The notes under the pieces are model-generated. The model was not told the DNA's origin, searched no databases, and was given only the letters and a program-made list of their open reading frames with translations. From positions 2,914,001 through 2,978,000 of the forward strand of contig CM102287.1 of NCBI GenBank assembly GCA_046563655.1: 64,000 nucleotides of DNA, in the 5' to 3' direction. Positions 28,501 through 40,322 of this stretch are shown here, piece by piece. This stretch comes from Yuukianura sp. NJ FZ-2021. Lineage: Eukaryota. How positions within the stretch are numbered: the first letter of the stretch is position 1; every line of letters starts with the position of its first letter. The position numbers and the translations under genes are program-made.

Positions 28501-29739
28501 GGATTCCTCAATGATCTCACTTTCCAGTAACTTGTTTATTTTTTCCTTAATTTTACTTCTTTGAGGGTATGAGACCCTATAGGGATGACTACGTATAGGT
28601 TGACTTTCGCCTGTGTCAATTTTATGACGAACTAGGCTAGTTTTTCCTAAATCCGTTTCATCCTCAGCAAAGAGCATAGGAAATTGGTTAATTACTTTTG
28701 TCATTTCAGTCTTTTCATCGTTTGTCAGGTTGTCTCCTAACTTTGGGGTGAAGTTCCCTAACTTGCCTTCTTCTGTTTTGATGGTCTCGCCATCTTCAGT
28801 AAGATAGTACAAGTTTTTATTAGGAGGACAAATTTCACCATAACAAATTGTTGTGCCTTTTGCTAAGGTCACAGCAAAGTTATTTAAATTGGTGAGCCAT
28901 ATTTCGGTACGGCTGTCCCTGACTGTCGAGTAGACATACGGTTGGAGTAAGGCATGAGTCTCATTAAGTTTCTTGTTTGGATTTAAAATAACTGATCCAG
29001 AAATGATGAAATCAGACTCAACTGTAATTCTTGAACACATTTTTGGTTCCAGTCGGACTGTTTTTGTCAAATTGAATTTGTTTAACTGAGGCTCATTTTC
29101 CTCAGCCTTGGGCAAATCCAATGGTGACTCTTCATCAATTATTGGAAATTTGTTTTTGTCCATGTTTCTTGTAGTCCAATCAGTCCCTAACAGCATTTGG
29201 GGTTTCAATCCCACCATTATATGGAATCCCCAGACAGTGAGTACATGGTTGTGGTAGAACCGTAGTTCAACAATTTCATCAACCGCTGTTACACTGTTTG
29301 CTGTGTTGACCATGATTGGGCAAATCTTGTACCTCTTATGAATGAATTCTTTTAATTCATTCAACCGTTCTAAGCCAATGCTGCTGAAGTTGGCACCTTC
29401 ATCGACTTGAACTCTATACGTTTTGTTACCAAAAAGTAGTTCGGTAAAGACTTTCGGTCCATACCTCCATTTTCTGAAAGGTACGGGGACTTTTATCCCT
29501 TCCACGGAAGTTTCAGGGATCGAGTCGGATGCTACATTAATTGAATTAATTGAATTCAAATTTTTCTTTACTTTACTAGCGTATGTTTCACTAGTAGTTT
29601 GTTTATTTTTGTTTTCTGAAAAATTTTTATTTTCAGTAGTGAGGGCATTTTGCCCTTGCTTGCATTTGTTTACTTTTTGTAAAGAGAAGTTATACGCTGT
29701 TTTTATTTGTGGGTGAGCGTAAGCACCCGATTCATTTAG
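25505..29739 (-). CDS. pol: Gypsy pol (PR, RT, RNase H, integrase), reached by -1 frameshift from gag; one apparent 1-nt deletion at 28276-28280
   Basis: PR-like VDEGANFS; RT SPWSSPVILVPKKDG, LDLLSGFYQI, PMGLCNAP, YLDD; RNase H CDSSGYGLGA; integrase HHCC, IDYIGP, DRGRQF, NGMTERCN, GPY. Confidence 0.95.
25639..25676 (-). promoter_or_regulatory. Candidate internal core promoter for ORF3 (TATA plus Inr) inside the pol tail
   Basis: Minus-strand TATAAATA at 25676-25669 and TCAGTC (arthropod Inr consensus TCAKTY) at 25644-25639. The first downstream ATG is 25524. Confidence 0.4.
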
Positions 29740-29745
29740 TTTTTT
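29693..29745 (-). promoter_or_regulatory. -1 programmed ribosomal frameshift signal (A AAA AAC plus H-type pseudoknot)
   Basis: Slippery heptamer 29745-29739 immediately before the gag TAA. Stem 1 GGGTG/CACCC, stem 2 TACGCT/AGCGTA. The -1 frame is open into pol. Confidence 0.85.
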
Positions 29746-30614
29746 GTAGTTTTAATTGTTTCAGTGACTTCTACATTGTCAACTGAAGTAAAAGAAGTGC
29801 TTCCAGATTTGTTACCATCTTTGTGCCAACAGTCATCGTACACGTGACCTGGCTTTTTACAACCTGTGCAGAACTTTCGTTTCTTTTGTTCAAAGTTTCT
29901 GCCAGTTTCTGTTGCAGAGGTAAGAGTAGAAGACTCTTTTTGCTTATTTGCATTTGTATTTTCTGCAGGTGATTTGAATTTGACCTGCGAATTTTGACCT
30001 TTTTTGTCATTGTTGAAGTTAGGCTTTTCTAACTTCCTAAGTTTTTGTAAAAACTCGGCTGGAGTTTTGGGGTCAATCAAGGTCATCATGTTTTTTACAG
30101 AATATGGGAGACCTTTGATTAATTTTTCAACTTGTTTTTCTTCTGACATGTCTGGGTCAATGACCGACAGGCATGCCAGTTTCTTGGCGACATACTCAGA
30201 ATGTGAGTCGCAAGTTTGTAGAAAAATAGTTTTCAGTTTCCTCTTTGCGTCAGATTTGACCTGTTCGGGGTCATAGAATGACCTGATCGCAATTTTTAAC
30301 TCTTGCCATTTGGAATTGGCATTTGCAGGGGTCAAATCCCTGATAATTTTTGTTTGTGACCATCGCCACCATTCTAGTGCTTCACCTTCCATCAAAAGAT
30401 GGAAGTTTAGGATCAGCGAATTGCTGTCCAGAGCACCCGATGCAATTAGAGCATCGCACCTTAAGGTCAACAGGTCAACGTTCGTCTTGCCATCAAAAAG
30501 AGGCACCGAACGTACCACAGCCTTTAGGTCAAATGGTTTGGTCAACGCCTGTGCGGACCCGTTAGGAGTAGGCAAAGGAATTGAGGTAGAGGTCGAGGTC
30601 ATGTTTTGGTTCAT
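29736..30614 (-). CDS. gag: Gypsy gag with a CCHC zinc knuckle
   Basis: VPLFDG, LMEGEALEWW, LIKGLP, CTGCKKPGHVYDDC. First ATG at 30614, just downstream of the PBS. Confidence 0.92.
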   Translation of the reverse strand: MNQNMTSTSTSIPLPTPNGSAQALTKPFDLKAVVRSVPLFDGKTNVDLLTLRCDALIASGALDSNSLILNFHLLMEGEALEWWRWSQTKIIRDLTPANANSKWQELKIAIRSFYDPEQVKSDAKRKLKTIFLQTCDSHSEYVAKKLACLSVIDPDMSEEKQVEKLIKGLPYSVKNMMTLIDPKTPAEFLQKLRKLEKPNFNNDKKGQNSQVKFKSPAENTNANKQKESSTLTSATETGRNFEQKKRKFCTGCKKPGHVYDDCWHKDGNKSGSTSFTSVDNVEVTETIKTTKN

Positions 30615-30629
30615 AGGCTCGTCCACCAA

Positions 30630-31122
30630 TGTAATGAAGTGGCCTTATTTTAGAAATGAAAGGTCAAGACACTACTGTTTTGTGTTTCTGCTTGGTGCAG
30701 AAGGAAAATAACTTTTATTCAATTAAAGTTTAGTGAAAGGGGATTGACCTCGCAGGGTCAAGTTGGGTTGAACTCAGTCAGAGTTTGAGCAGAGTTCAGT
30801 TGGAATTGAAAGTTAGAAGAAGAATGATGGAGGGCATTGGCAACTGCTCCTTTTATAGGGCCTTACGAGTACCAATGACCCCTTGACATTTAAATGAGGA
30901 GTAACTCGTAACTCCTCTGATGCTAATGAAAACAATGGCAATGAACTCAGTGAGTTCAAGAAACTGGATTTGAACTAGAAAAATCTATTTTTAGAGTAAA
31001 AAGTAACTTTGTACTTTAAGTTATGTGTTTTGTGCAAACACAGTTTGCACAAAGACAAAAGACAAAAGTTATGAAATGGAAATGATCTGTATTTAACAGG
31101 AGATTGACCTTATTTCATTACA
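30630..31122 (-). repeat. 5' LTR
   Basis: Direct repeat of 24291-24783, followed on the minus strand by PBS-like TTGGTGGACG. Confidence 0.96.
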
Positions 31123-32714
31123 GTAGGAAAGATTATTTGGCTTATGCTTATATTCGGTAAAACGGCGCTGCGATTTTTACGAATAAAAAAATCCTTTGAA
31201 ATCAATCTTGAAGCGTGAAGACCAACGCAACGAGGATTGATAAACTGTTGGTATTATGCTAACCAAACCTAACGCGCGCCTTCGGCGCGGAGATATAACA
31301 AAGAACAATATTTGGTATACATAGGTTTTACTTGAAATCCTCATTCTACATGTGAAAGTCACATTGTTTATTACAATGTGACGTAGTCTTAATTAATCAA
31401 TGCTACACAGAAGGAGGTGTGGCTGCCAAAAACGGATTTCAGATACCGAATATAAGCCAACTAATCTTTCGCACCAATTTAGGATTCGCACCAATTAATC
31501 TTTCGCACCAATTGGTTTCGCACTTATGCTCTTTCGCACCAATAAATCATTCGCACCAATGCAGCATTCGCACCAATTGGTTTCGCACCAATTCATTCGC
31601 ACCATTGCGCTTCGCACCAATTCATTCGCACCATTGCGCTTCGCACCAATTCATTCGCACCAATGGCGTGCTACCAACTTATGCAGCATAAGTTATGCTT
31701 ATAATTACTAAGTTTAGATTAACGTTTCGTTAGAGTAACGTTAGATTAACCACAAATCATCTTTTAGTTTATGTTTACCACATCCAGATCAATTGGTTTA
31801 GAAGGTAATTGAACTGGAAGCTGCGCATAGTCCAACCAGAAGACTCTCCTCCCAAAATCACCACAGCTAAACCCCACCAACAGCAAGACTGCCTATTCAT
31901 CGTTGATTTGACTACTGTACCTCAGTAAGGTAACGTTAACTATTAGATTAATCGATTAACTTGACGTTAACAAAAATACTGCAATGCTAAAAACGTAAAC
32001 AATGAACTTATGATTACGAATCATACTTCATACGAGACTCCTAACATCCTTATGTTATGCTATTCCCTTTCCCTTTGAAAATCGTCCGGGAGGGAACGGC
32101 TGATTTAAAATTTTGAATTTTTGAAAGTAGCAAGGCGGCGGCAGCGGCAGAATTGGCAAATTAAAAATGATTTCTTTTTGGGTACGAAAACAAGGGATTT
32201 GAGGTCATCGCAAGGAAATTTCTTACCTTTTGAGTTGACCTCTGTCGATGACACGGATTAATTTTTAGCCTAATTTTTTTAGGTATGGACCCAGTGGAGG
32301 CAATGTGGAGGTTTTCCTGTGCGTAGATTGGTGAGGTTTCGACCCCTCAAGCAACGGAAAACGGAGGGAAGCCATAGCATCAACAAAGCTTAACAGCGGG
32401 CCGCTCAAAGGTTACGCAATCACAAACATACCCGTAAAAGGGGTTTACTAATTTAGTTTATCGTGCAAAAGATATTCACAATTTTAAGTTACTTAGCGTG
32501 TACTAACAAGTGCTAATTCACAGTTCCTTTTTCTGTGCGAATTAATTGACTCGATTTTTAAAGCGTCATCCCAACAAATGTGTTAGGTTGTTAGGTTAGG
32601 TTGTGTTAGGTCTGATTTAAGTTCCATATATTGTGCTTGTGATAAACACACAAATCTTAGGTGTTTTGGAATTTGCAGTTTTGCTTGTACTATAACTATA
32701 ATTTTCATCCTAAA

Positions 32715-32880
32715 TTTTCAGCGCTTTGAAATTTTAATTTCTGTTACTTATACTCAAAACATCCACTTAAATTTTGAAAGTTTTGAAATTTAGAACTCTG
32801 CTAACTAATATACTCAAAACTTGATCCTAAATTTCTAGCGTTTTGAAATTTGGAGTTCTGCTACTAACATACCCAAATAC
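32715..32880. repeat. Degenerate tandem repeat of about 60 bp (about 3 copies)
   Basis: Recurrent TTTGAAATTT...TCTGCTA/GTTACT...ATACTCAAAAC...CCTAAATTT at about 60-bp spacing. Confidence 0.6.
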
Positions 32881-33351
32881 TCGTTGAACTTCAAACTCGA
32901 CTGTTTACCCGGGTTTGCGTGAACGTAATATGTGCCCAGTGCCAGGAGGAGGCAAGCTGTCTCCCTCATTCATTGGCCAATTTTCAAAAGTGGTAAAATC
33001 AAAATAAGCCGCAACCCTACCCACTAAAATTTTCACGCTTTCAATTTTTCATTTTTCAAAAACCGAAGTTTTTCATTTCATTCACAGGGAAGTGGGGTTT
33101 TGTTTGTTGTTATTTTTTCTTCGGCGAAGGTCCACGGGTCAAGTCCAGGTCAACTTCTGAAGCCGTTGACAAGTCGCATAAACACGTTTAGTTTTTTTAG
33201 TACGTAAACGTATTAGTCGAGGTAAGTCTTTGTTTTGCTTTGAATTTGAGACAATCTTAGTATTTTGATTGAAGGAACTCCCAATTAATTACTAATTGGT
33301 TTTGCCTGTTGTAGCAGCTAAGATTCGTCCAAGATAAACCTTGAAACAAGG

Positions 33352-33846
33352 ATGACAACAGTGGATACTTACGGAAGCAATTTCTTACCCGAAGACGTAA
33401 GTTTCTTGAGCTTACTTTCGATAAACAATTTGATTTGAATTAAGTGAATTGTGCTAGTTTTTAACGATTGGATTGCCTAACAATAATTGCAGGATTTCGA
33501 TGAAAGTTTGGGAGAGCGAATCATGGCATTAGGAGAAATGTTTCCGGATTCAATTCGCAACGGTGTGGGAGCCGTCTGCTCATACACTTCAAGTGGAGTC
33601 AAAAGTACGTTTTAATTGACCATTCCTATTGATTCTTACAAGAAAATTAGTTATTTAGTTCAATTTGATTGTTTTTTAGCTGCATACAGCTTTTCAAGAA
33701 CCTGGTCCTGGATCATCTTCTCCTCAGCGGCTGTCCTCATGACTCCAATTATCATTCAGAGTGCCATTATTGACATCGAAGACATGGCCAAAGCTCAACA
33801 ACGTCAAATGCTGCTAGGAACCAATCCAGCATCATATCCACGATAA
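33352..33846 (+). CDS. TOMM22: Mitochondrial import receptor Tom22 (exons 33352-33396, 33493-33604, 33680-33846)
   Basis: EDDFDESLGERIMALGEMFPDSIR; YSFSRTWSWIIFSSAAVLMTPII (TM); QQRQMLLG. Confidence 0.9.
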
Positions 33847-35247
33847 CATCACACCAGGAGACAAACCACGTTTCTTCCGTGTTCATTGTTCAACCCCTAC
33901 GATTATCTTCAATCTTTTACATGATCAAGCATCAGGAGGGCGACGTACATCTTTTATTTCCAAATCTTCACCGGTCACATACAATCCAAGAGTAGCTAAC
34001 TTTTACTTTAGCATTCACAGGAAATTGAAGAAAATGGAATAAACTCAAACATCCATTCCATAGTCATCCAACCAAATGGAACTGTGACCTTTGACCTCTC
34101 CAGTTTCAGCATCACTTCCATATATTTTTGTACTGCTGAGGGAATCCACGAGTTTCCTGTTTATCCTGTTCTCGGCTCCTCTAAAACTGGAATTTTTTCC
34201 TGCTCCATTCACTTATCCTCAATTTACTTCACCCTTGCAAAAAATACTTGGTAAGTTCACAAGATTTAAAAGCAACTTTTCACAAGCACCTCTTTGAGTT
34301 AACAACTAACGTCAGGAAAACCGCTATGACTTTTTTTACGTAATGTTTTTTTAATGTCTGATGTGTTTTTCCATTTATTCCCATGATCAGGTTCACTTGG
34401 ACAAGAACGACTTGGATTTCCCATTTACTTCTGAACTACAAACTACAATTTTCCTTTTCCTTAACCACTTTGCATTGTGCAACTAGCATCATTCAAGGAA
34501 ACCTACAAGCAGCAGTAGTTAGATCAACTTCTGAATCTCAACAAGTACTAACTCCAGCAATTGACGTAAACAACTTTTTTTTTTTTAGATTTTTCTAATT
34601 CTTTGGCGAGAGAAGATCAATTTTAAAAGCAGCAGGATTTCCCCACTTTAGAAGTTCTCACAATAATCGCTTTGCAAAAATAGTTGTTGAGGGATAGTGG
34701 AAGTGGAATTCCAATTGTGTTCAGTTCTAAATTCTTGTCTGGAGCGACAACATTGTCCAACTAAAAACCTTGTTCCAAATACTAACCTTTGTTGGACAAT
34801 TGGCACTTTTGGAACAATTGTTTTTGGAATTTGCGGCTTTCTTCTGCAAGGTTTTTCCAAATTGTAAGTTTTCTTCTTCCTCCAAATCTCCAAATATTTT
34901 CAGCGCTAAACTCTTGTTAGGACCACAGAAAGTCTACATTTTTTTTCGACAAAAGTTTTTGGAGATGTTAAAAATACTTTAATTTTTATTGAAAATAGAC
35001 AAGAATCTTGTCTATTTTCAATCTTGTCACAAGATACTTGTCTATTTCTCCTAAATTCGAAGTGTTAACGCGATCAAATTATTTAACTTGGATTTCTAAC
35101 TCATTCCAAAATTGACGTGTTTTTGTAAGTATGAGGGTGGCAGATAGTAGTAATGGTTTAATTTGTAATTAGAAGATAAGAGTGCCGCAGGTAATCAAAA
35201 TCAAATTAAGTTGTTCAATGCTTTAACTCGAATTCGAATTGAACTAA

Positions 35248-36483
<1,236 letters not shown>

Positions 36484-36744
36484 TCTCCCGCAGTTTCATG
36501 AATCTCCGCTCTTGACCCTTGACCTTCACAAACAGTTAGCGTTAAAGTAGACAAATCAGGACTTATGACTTTTGGATTGTAGGAGTTAATTAGTTTAATC
36601 GTTAGTCTACACTTAGAGGTGCTAGCTAAGCAATACTATTTGGTGGCTTCTTATTGGATACTGGATCAATCATTCGATTAATTAACTTGACAATAAAAAT
36701 ACAGTATGAACAACCCAATTTGGCTAAAAATCGTTCTGCGTAAA

Positions 36745-39025
36745 AAATTTTTGCATCTTAGTAAGCAAAATTATGGTTTGCATTGCAATTAAGAAATGGC
36801 GAAAAAGTTGCAATTTTTTAGAATTTTGTCATCTGAGGAGTCGTAAAGTTTTAAGGTTGTTTGTGGCAGAATTGAGATAGGATATTATACGGAGCGAAGA
36901 GGTGGATAGGAGAGCTGCCTCTGCCATGCTTTTGTATGAGAAGTTCCGCCAGCGGAAAAAAAAATTGAGCTAGGCGAGGAGCCTTTCTGGACCGTACGAT
37001 CCCCGCATAGCTCCGGACAGTTTTCTGGCAGAACCTTTAACTTCACAGTGTAAAATCTCTCCCAAAAAATTCGAAAATTCATAAAATTAAAAAATTTATA
37101 TCTCAGCAACAGAATGCGTTGGAGAGAAAATGTCTTCAGAATCGCCTAAAGTATTTTTTTTTAAATTTTGAAAGTTCAAAAACAGCCAAAAAGTTTGCGA
37201 TCGATTCTTGAAAAAAATGGACTAGGAGAAGTAAGTTTTTTTTTCTAAAGACGAAATTTTGAAAATTAATTTTTGCATCAAATTTATTTGACATGATGTT
37301 GTTTTGACATGTGAGCCGGCCGATGGCAATCTGCCAACCAATCAGGAATCTGCAAAAGAGTAACACGTTACTCCAAAAGTATGGAGGGAGTTCGGTGGCA
37401 AAATTATTTTAAAGTTTCGCGCGTTAAAACATGTTCCGCCAATTAAAAACAAACGTTTTCGCGTATTACTTTAATGCGCGAAAACTTTTTTTAATTGCAG
37501 TAATTTTAATTGCAGAAAAATTTTAACGCGCGAAAAAGTCTAAGCGTACGCGCGAAAAAGTCTAAGCGTACGCGCGAAAAAGTCTAAGCGTACGTTAACG
37601 GAACGTACGCTTAGGAAACGTACGCTTAGAAAACGTACGCTTAGGGAACGTACGCTTAGAATACTAACGCTTAGAATGCATGTCCAATAGAAATCACATT
37701 GCCAGAACTGATCAGAATTAGTATTCTGTAAATTATTATTTATTGTCTATTATTATTTATTATTTATTATCTATTGTAAACTATAAAACACTTCTTTTCT
37801 CATATGCTTTGTAAGGTTTTCAAAAATGTGTAGCCCCATACAGTGTTGCTGGATATCCACTTTTTTGACATTTCCTCCACGGCTGGATATCCACAGGAAG
37901 AAATGGACTAATCCAAAGGGGTGGATCTTTGCCCGCGGGGTTTGAAATACTTAAATCCAAACCACTTAAGCAATTCAAAATACCGTACAAAAACAAAGAA
38001 AATGTCGTTTTTGTAAGAGTTTTAAATAAATACTTAATTTTAGCAATAAAAGAAACTCTTTTTGCTCTTTTTCGTCCAGCCGTGGACGAAATGTCAAAAA
38101 AGTGGATATCCAGCAACACTGTATGGGGCTACACATTTTTGAAAACCTTACAAAGCATATGAGAAAAGAAGTGTTTTATAGTTTACAATAGATAATAAAT
38201 AATAAATAATAATAGACAATAAATAATAATTTACAGAATACTAATTCTGATCAGTTCTGGCAATGTGATTTCTATTGGACATGCATTCTAAGCGTTAGTA
38301 TTCTAAGCGTACGTTCCCTAAGCGTACGTTTTCTAAGCGTACGTTTCCTAAGCGTACGTTCCGTTAACGTACGCTTAGACTTTTTCGCGCGTACGCTTAG
38401 ACTTTTTCGCGCGTACGCTTAGACTTTTTCGCGCGTACGCTTAGACTTTTTCGCGCGTTAAAATTTTTCTGCAATTAAAATTACTGCAATTAAAAAAAGT
38501 TTTCGCGCATTAAAGTAATACGCGAAAACGTTTGTTTTTAATTGGCGGAACATGTTTTAACGCGCGAAACTTTAAAATAATTTTGCCACCGAACTCCCTC
38601 CATACAAAAGAGTTACCAGCTACTCCTTTATTTTCTAGATTAAAAAAAATTCACATTTTTGCAAAAAAACAGAAAAACGGTCGGGGGTAGTTTAGGAGTG
38701 CGGACATCCGGAGTGGACAAACGAGGCGTCAGGAGTAGTTCCAGAGTGCGGACCTCCGGCGTAACAGCAAAACACAAAAAAGAGTTACCTGTTACTCCTT
38801 TCGTTTCCATATAAAAGGAAACCGTACCAAATTGTTCTCATTCACTCTCGTCTTGGTCCTGGAAGGGGGCGGTTCCCATTTTCCAACTCCAAAAGAGTAG
38901 GATTCCGTCGGATCTTACTCCTCAAAAAAGTAACAAGTAACTCCTTCCTTTTTCATATACTAAAAGGAAAACTCATCAAATTATTCTCGTTCTCTCGTCT
39001 TTGCGTAGGAAAGGAATAAAACAAT
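36745..39025. repeat. Dispersed repeat, copy 2 (homologous to 2890-4020), split by the foldback element; ends approximate
   Basis: 36745-37220 matches 2890-3390 and 38606-39025 matches 3590-4010, e.g. the shared TTCACTCTCGTCTTGGTCCTGGAAGGGGGCGGTTCCCATTTTCCAACTCCAAAAGAGTAGGATTCCGT. Confidence 0.82.
37379..38605. mobile_element. Foldback-type non-autonomous DNA element with very long TIRs
   Basis: Arms 37379-37887 (509 bp) and 38075-38605 (531 bp) are near-perfect reverse complements around a 187-bp spacer. They differ by one extra 22-bp unit CGCGAAAAAGTCTAAGCGTACG and one mismatch seen. TSD AAAA (or CAAAAG). Confidence 0.92.
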
Positions 39026-39037
39026 TTTTAGCCAATT

Positions 39038-40322
39038 ATGTCCGTTTTTCGTCCGAATTTATTCAAGAACTGCGTAGCGATTGTCACTGGAGGAGGAACT
39101 GGCATTGGAAGGGCAATCACGTATGAACTACTGACATTAGGTGTGGTAAAGGTATTAGTTAAGTGGTAGCATTGTCTTTAATAATTAATAATTATTTAAT
39201 TAATTTATGTGGGGATTTGGTTTCTTTTTAGGTGCTAAAGTTGTGATCGCATCCCGGAATGCTGAACGACTCCGACAAGCTGCCAGTGACCTCTCGTCAG
39301 TTGGCTCAGTCACTGCTATACCTTGCAACATCCGGCATGAGGACCAGGTCAAGTATGTCGCGCTTTATATGTCACCTCTTGACATTTGTAATTATCCTGA
39401 ATCCTCATGTTATGTCCATTTTGTAGAGCTCTGATCGAAGAAACGTTGAAGCAGCACGGGAAGATTGACTTTTTGGTTAACAATGGAGGAGGTCAATTTC
39501 CCTCAGCAGTAGCAGACATGACACTCAAAGGCTGGAACGCCGTGATCGAAACGAATCTTACCGGAACATACCTTGTTAGTCGCGAAGGTAAATAAGAATT
39601 ACTTACATGTTTTTTAGTAATCTAAATTAATTGTTTCGATTAACTCCAGCTTACAATCAGTGGTTCAAGGACAACGGTGGTGGATCCATCGTCAACATTA
39701 TTGCTGACATGTGGAGGGGATTTCCGATGATGGCCCATACGGTACACTTCCAGAATCCAGCACAATTCAACTGATTTGTAGTCAATAATCTAGTCATTCT
39801 CTGTATCTTAGTAGGGTGCAGCTCGTTCTGGAGTTCATAATTTGACACAAGTGAGACATCATTCACGATTAATCAAGTACTAGTTAATTAGTAAGACGTG
39901 TTAATTGTTTGATTTCAGTCGTTGGCAGTAGAATGGGCCGAGGCTGGTGTTCGTGTCAATGCTGTAGCTCCAGGAATCATCTTCTCCCAGACTGCTGCTG
40001 ACAACTACGACGCAGACGTTTTCGGTCCAGTACCGAGTCTTCTACCGACAAAACGCTTAGGAGTTCCAGACGAAGTGGCCAGCAGTGTCTGCTTTCTACT
40101 GTCACCCGGTGCTTCATTTATTTCTGGTGCTTGCCTGAAAGTCGACGGTGGCGGAAGTTTGTACAGTCGACTATTCTTGGATATTAACGGTAACTTTAAC
40201 TAACTATTTACAAAGAATTCAATTAACAATAATTAATCTAACACAACTAATGGATCTTTCTAGAACACAAAAATCTGCCAGCATACAAATGGATCCCGAC
40301 TCCAGCGACAACTAAAAGCTAA
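39038..40322 (+). CDS. PECR: Peroxisomal trans-2-enoyl-CoA reductase-like SDR (exons 39038-39140, 39232-39352, 39427-39587, 39650-39741, 39815-39850, 39919-40189, 40264-40322)
   Basis: [86 protein letters not shown]. Confidence 0.88.

Larger units (their letters stand above)
24291..31122 (-). mobile_element. Full-length Ty3/Gypsy LTR retrotransposon (6832 bp)
   Basis: Two 493-bp LTRs with TG...CA ends and a 9-bp terminal inverted repeat TGTAATGAA. 4-bp TSD GTAG (24287-24290, 31123-31126). PBS-like TGGTGGA after the 5' LTR and PPT GAAGGAGGA before the 3' LTR. Domain order gag, PR, RT, RH, INT. Confidence 0.97.
24115..31675. mobile_element. Non-autonomous MULE-like / foldback-type MITE (about 725 bp), interrupted by the Gypsy element
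   Basis: 9-bp TSD AACTTATGC at 24106-24114 and 31676-31684. Termini GGTTCCATGCCATTGGTGCGAATG and reverse-complement GGTAGCACGCCATTGGTGCGAATG. Arms built of TGGTGCGAA tandem motifs (24115-24286; about 31460-31675 inverted). Confidence 0.85.

Noticed and set aside
30610..30629. Assignment of the PBS to a specific tRNA
   Set aside because: Only TGGTGGA clearly matches a tRNA 3' end (compatible with tRNA-Ala); too short to call without the host tRNA set.
32285..32450. Possible tRNA-derived SINE or ncRNA (weak A/B-box-like motifs)
   Set aside because: The boxes are degenerate, with no cloverleaf, tail, TSD or second copy visible.
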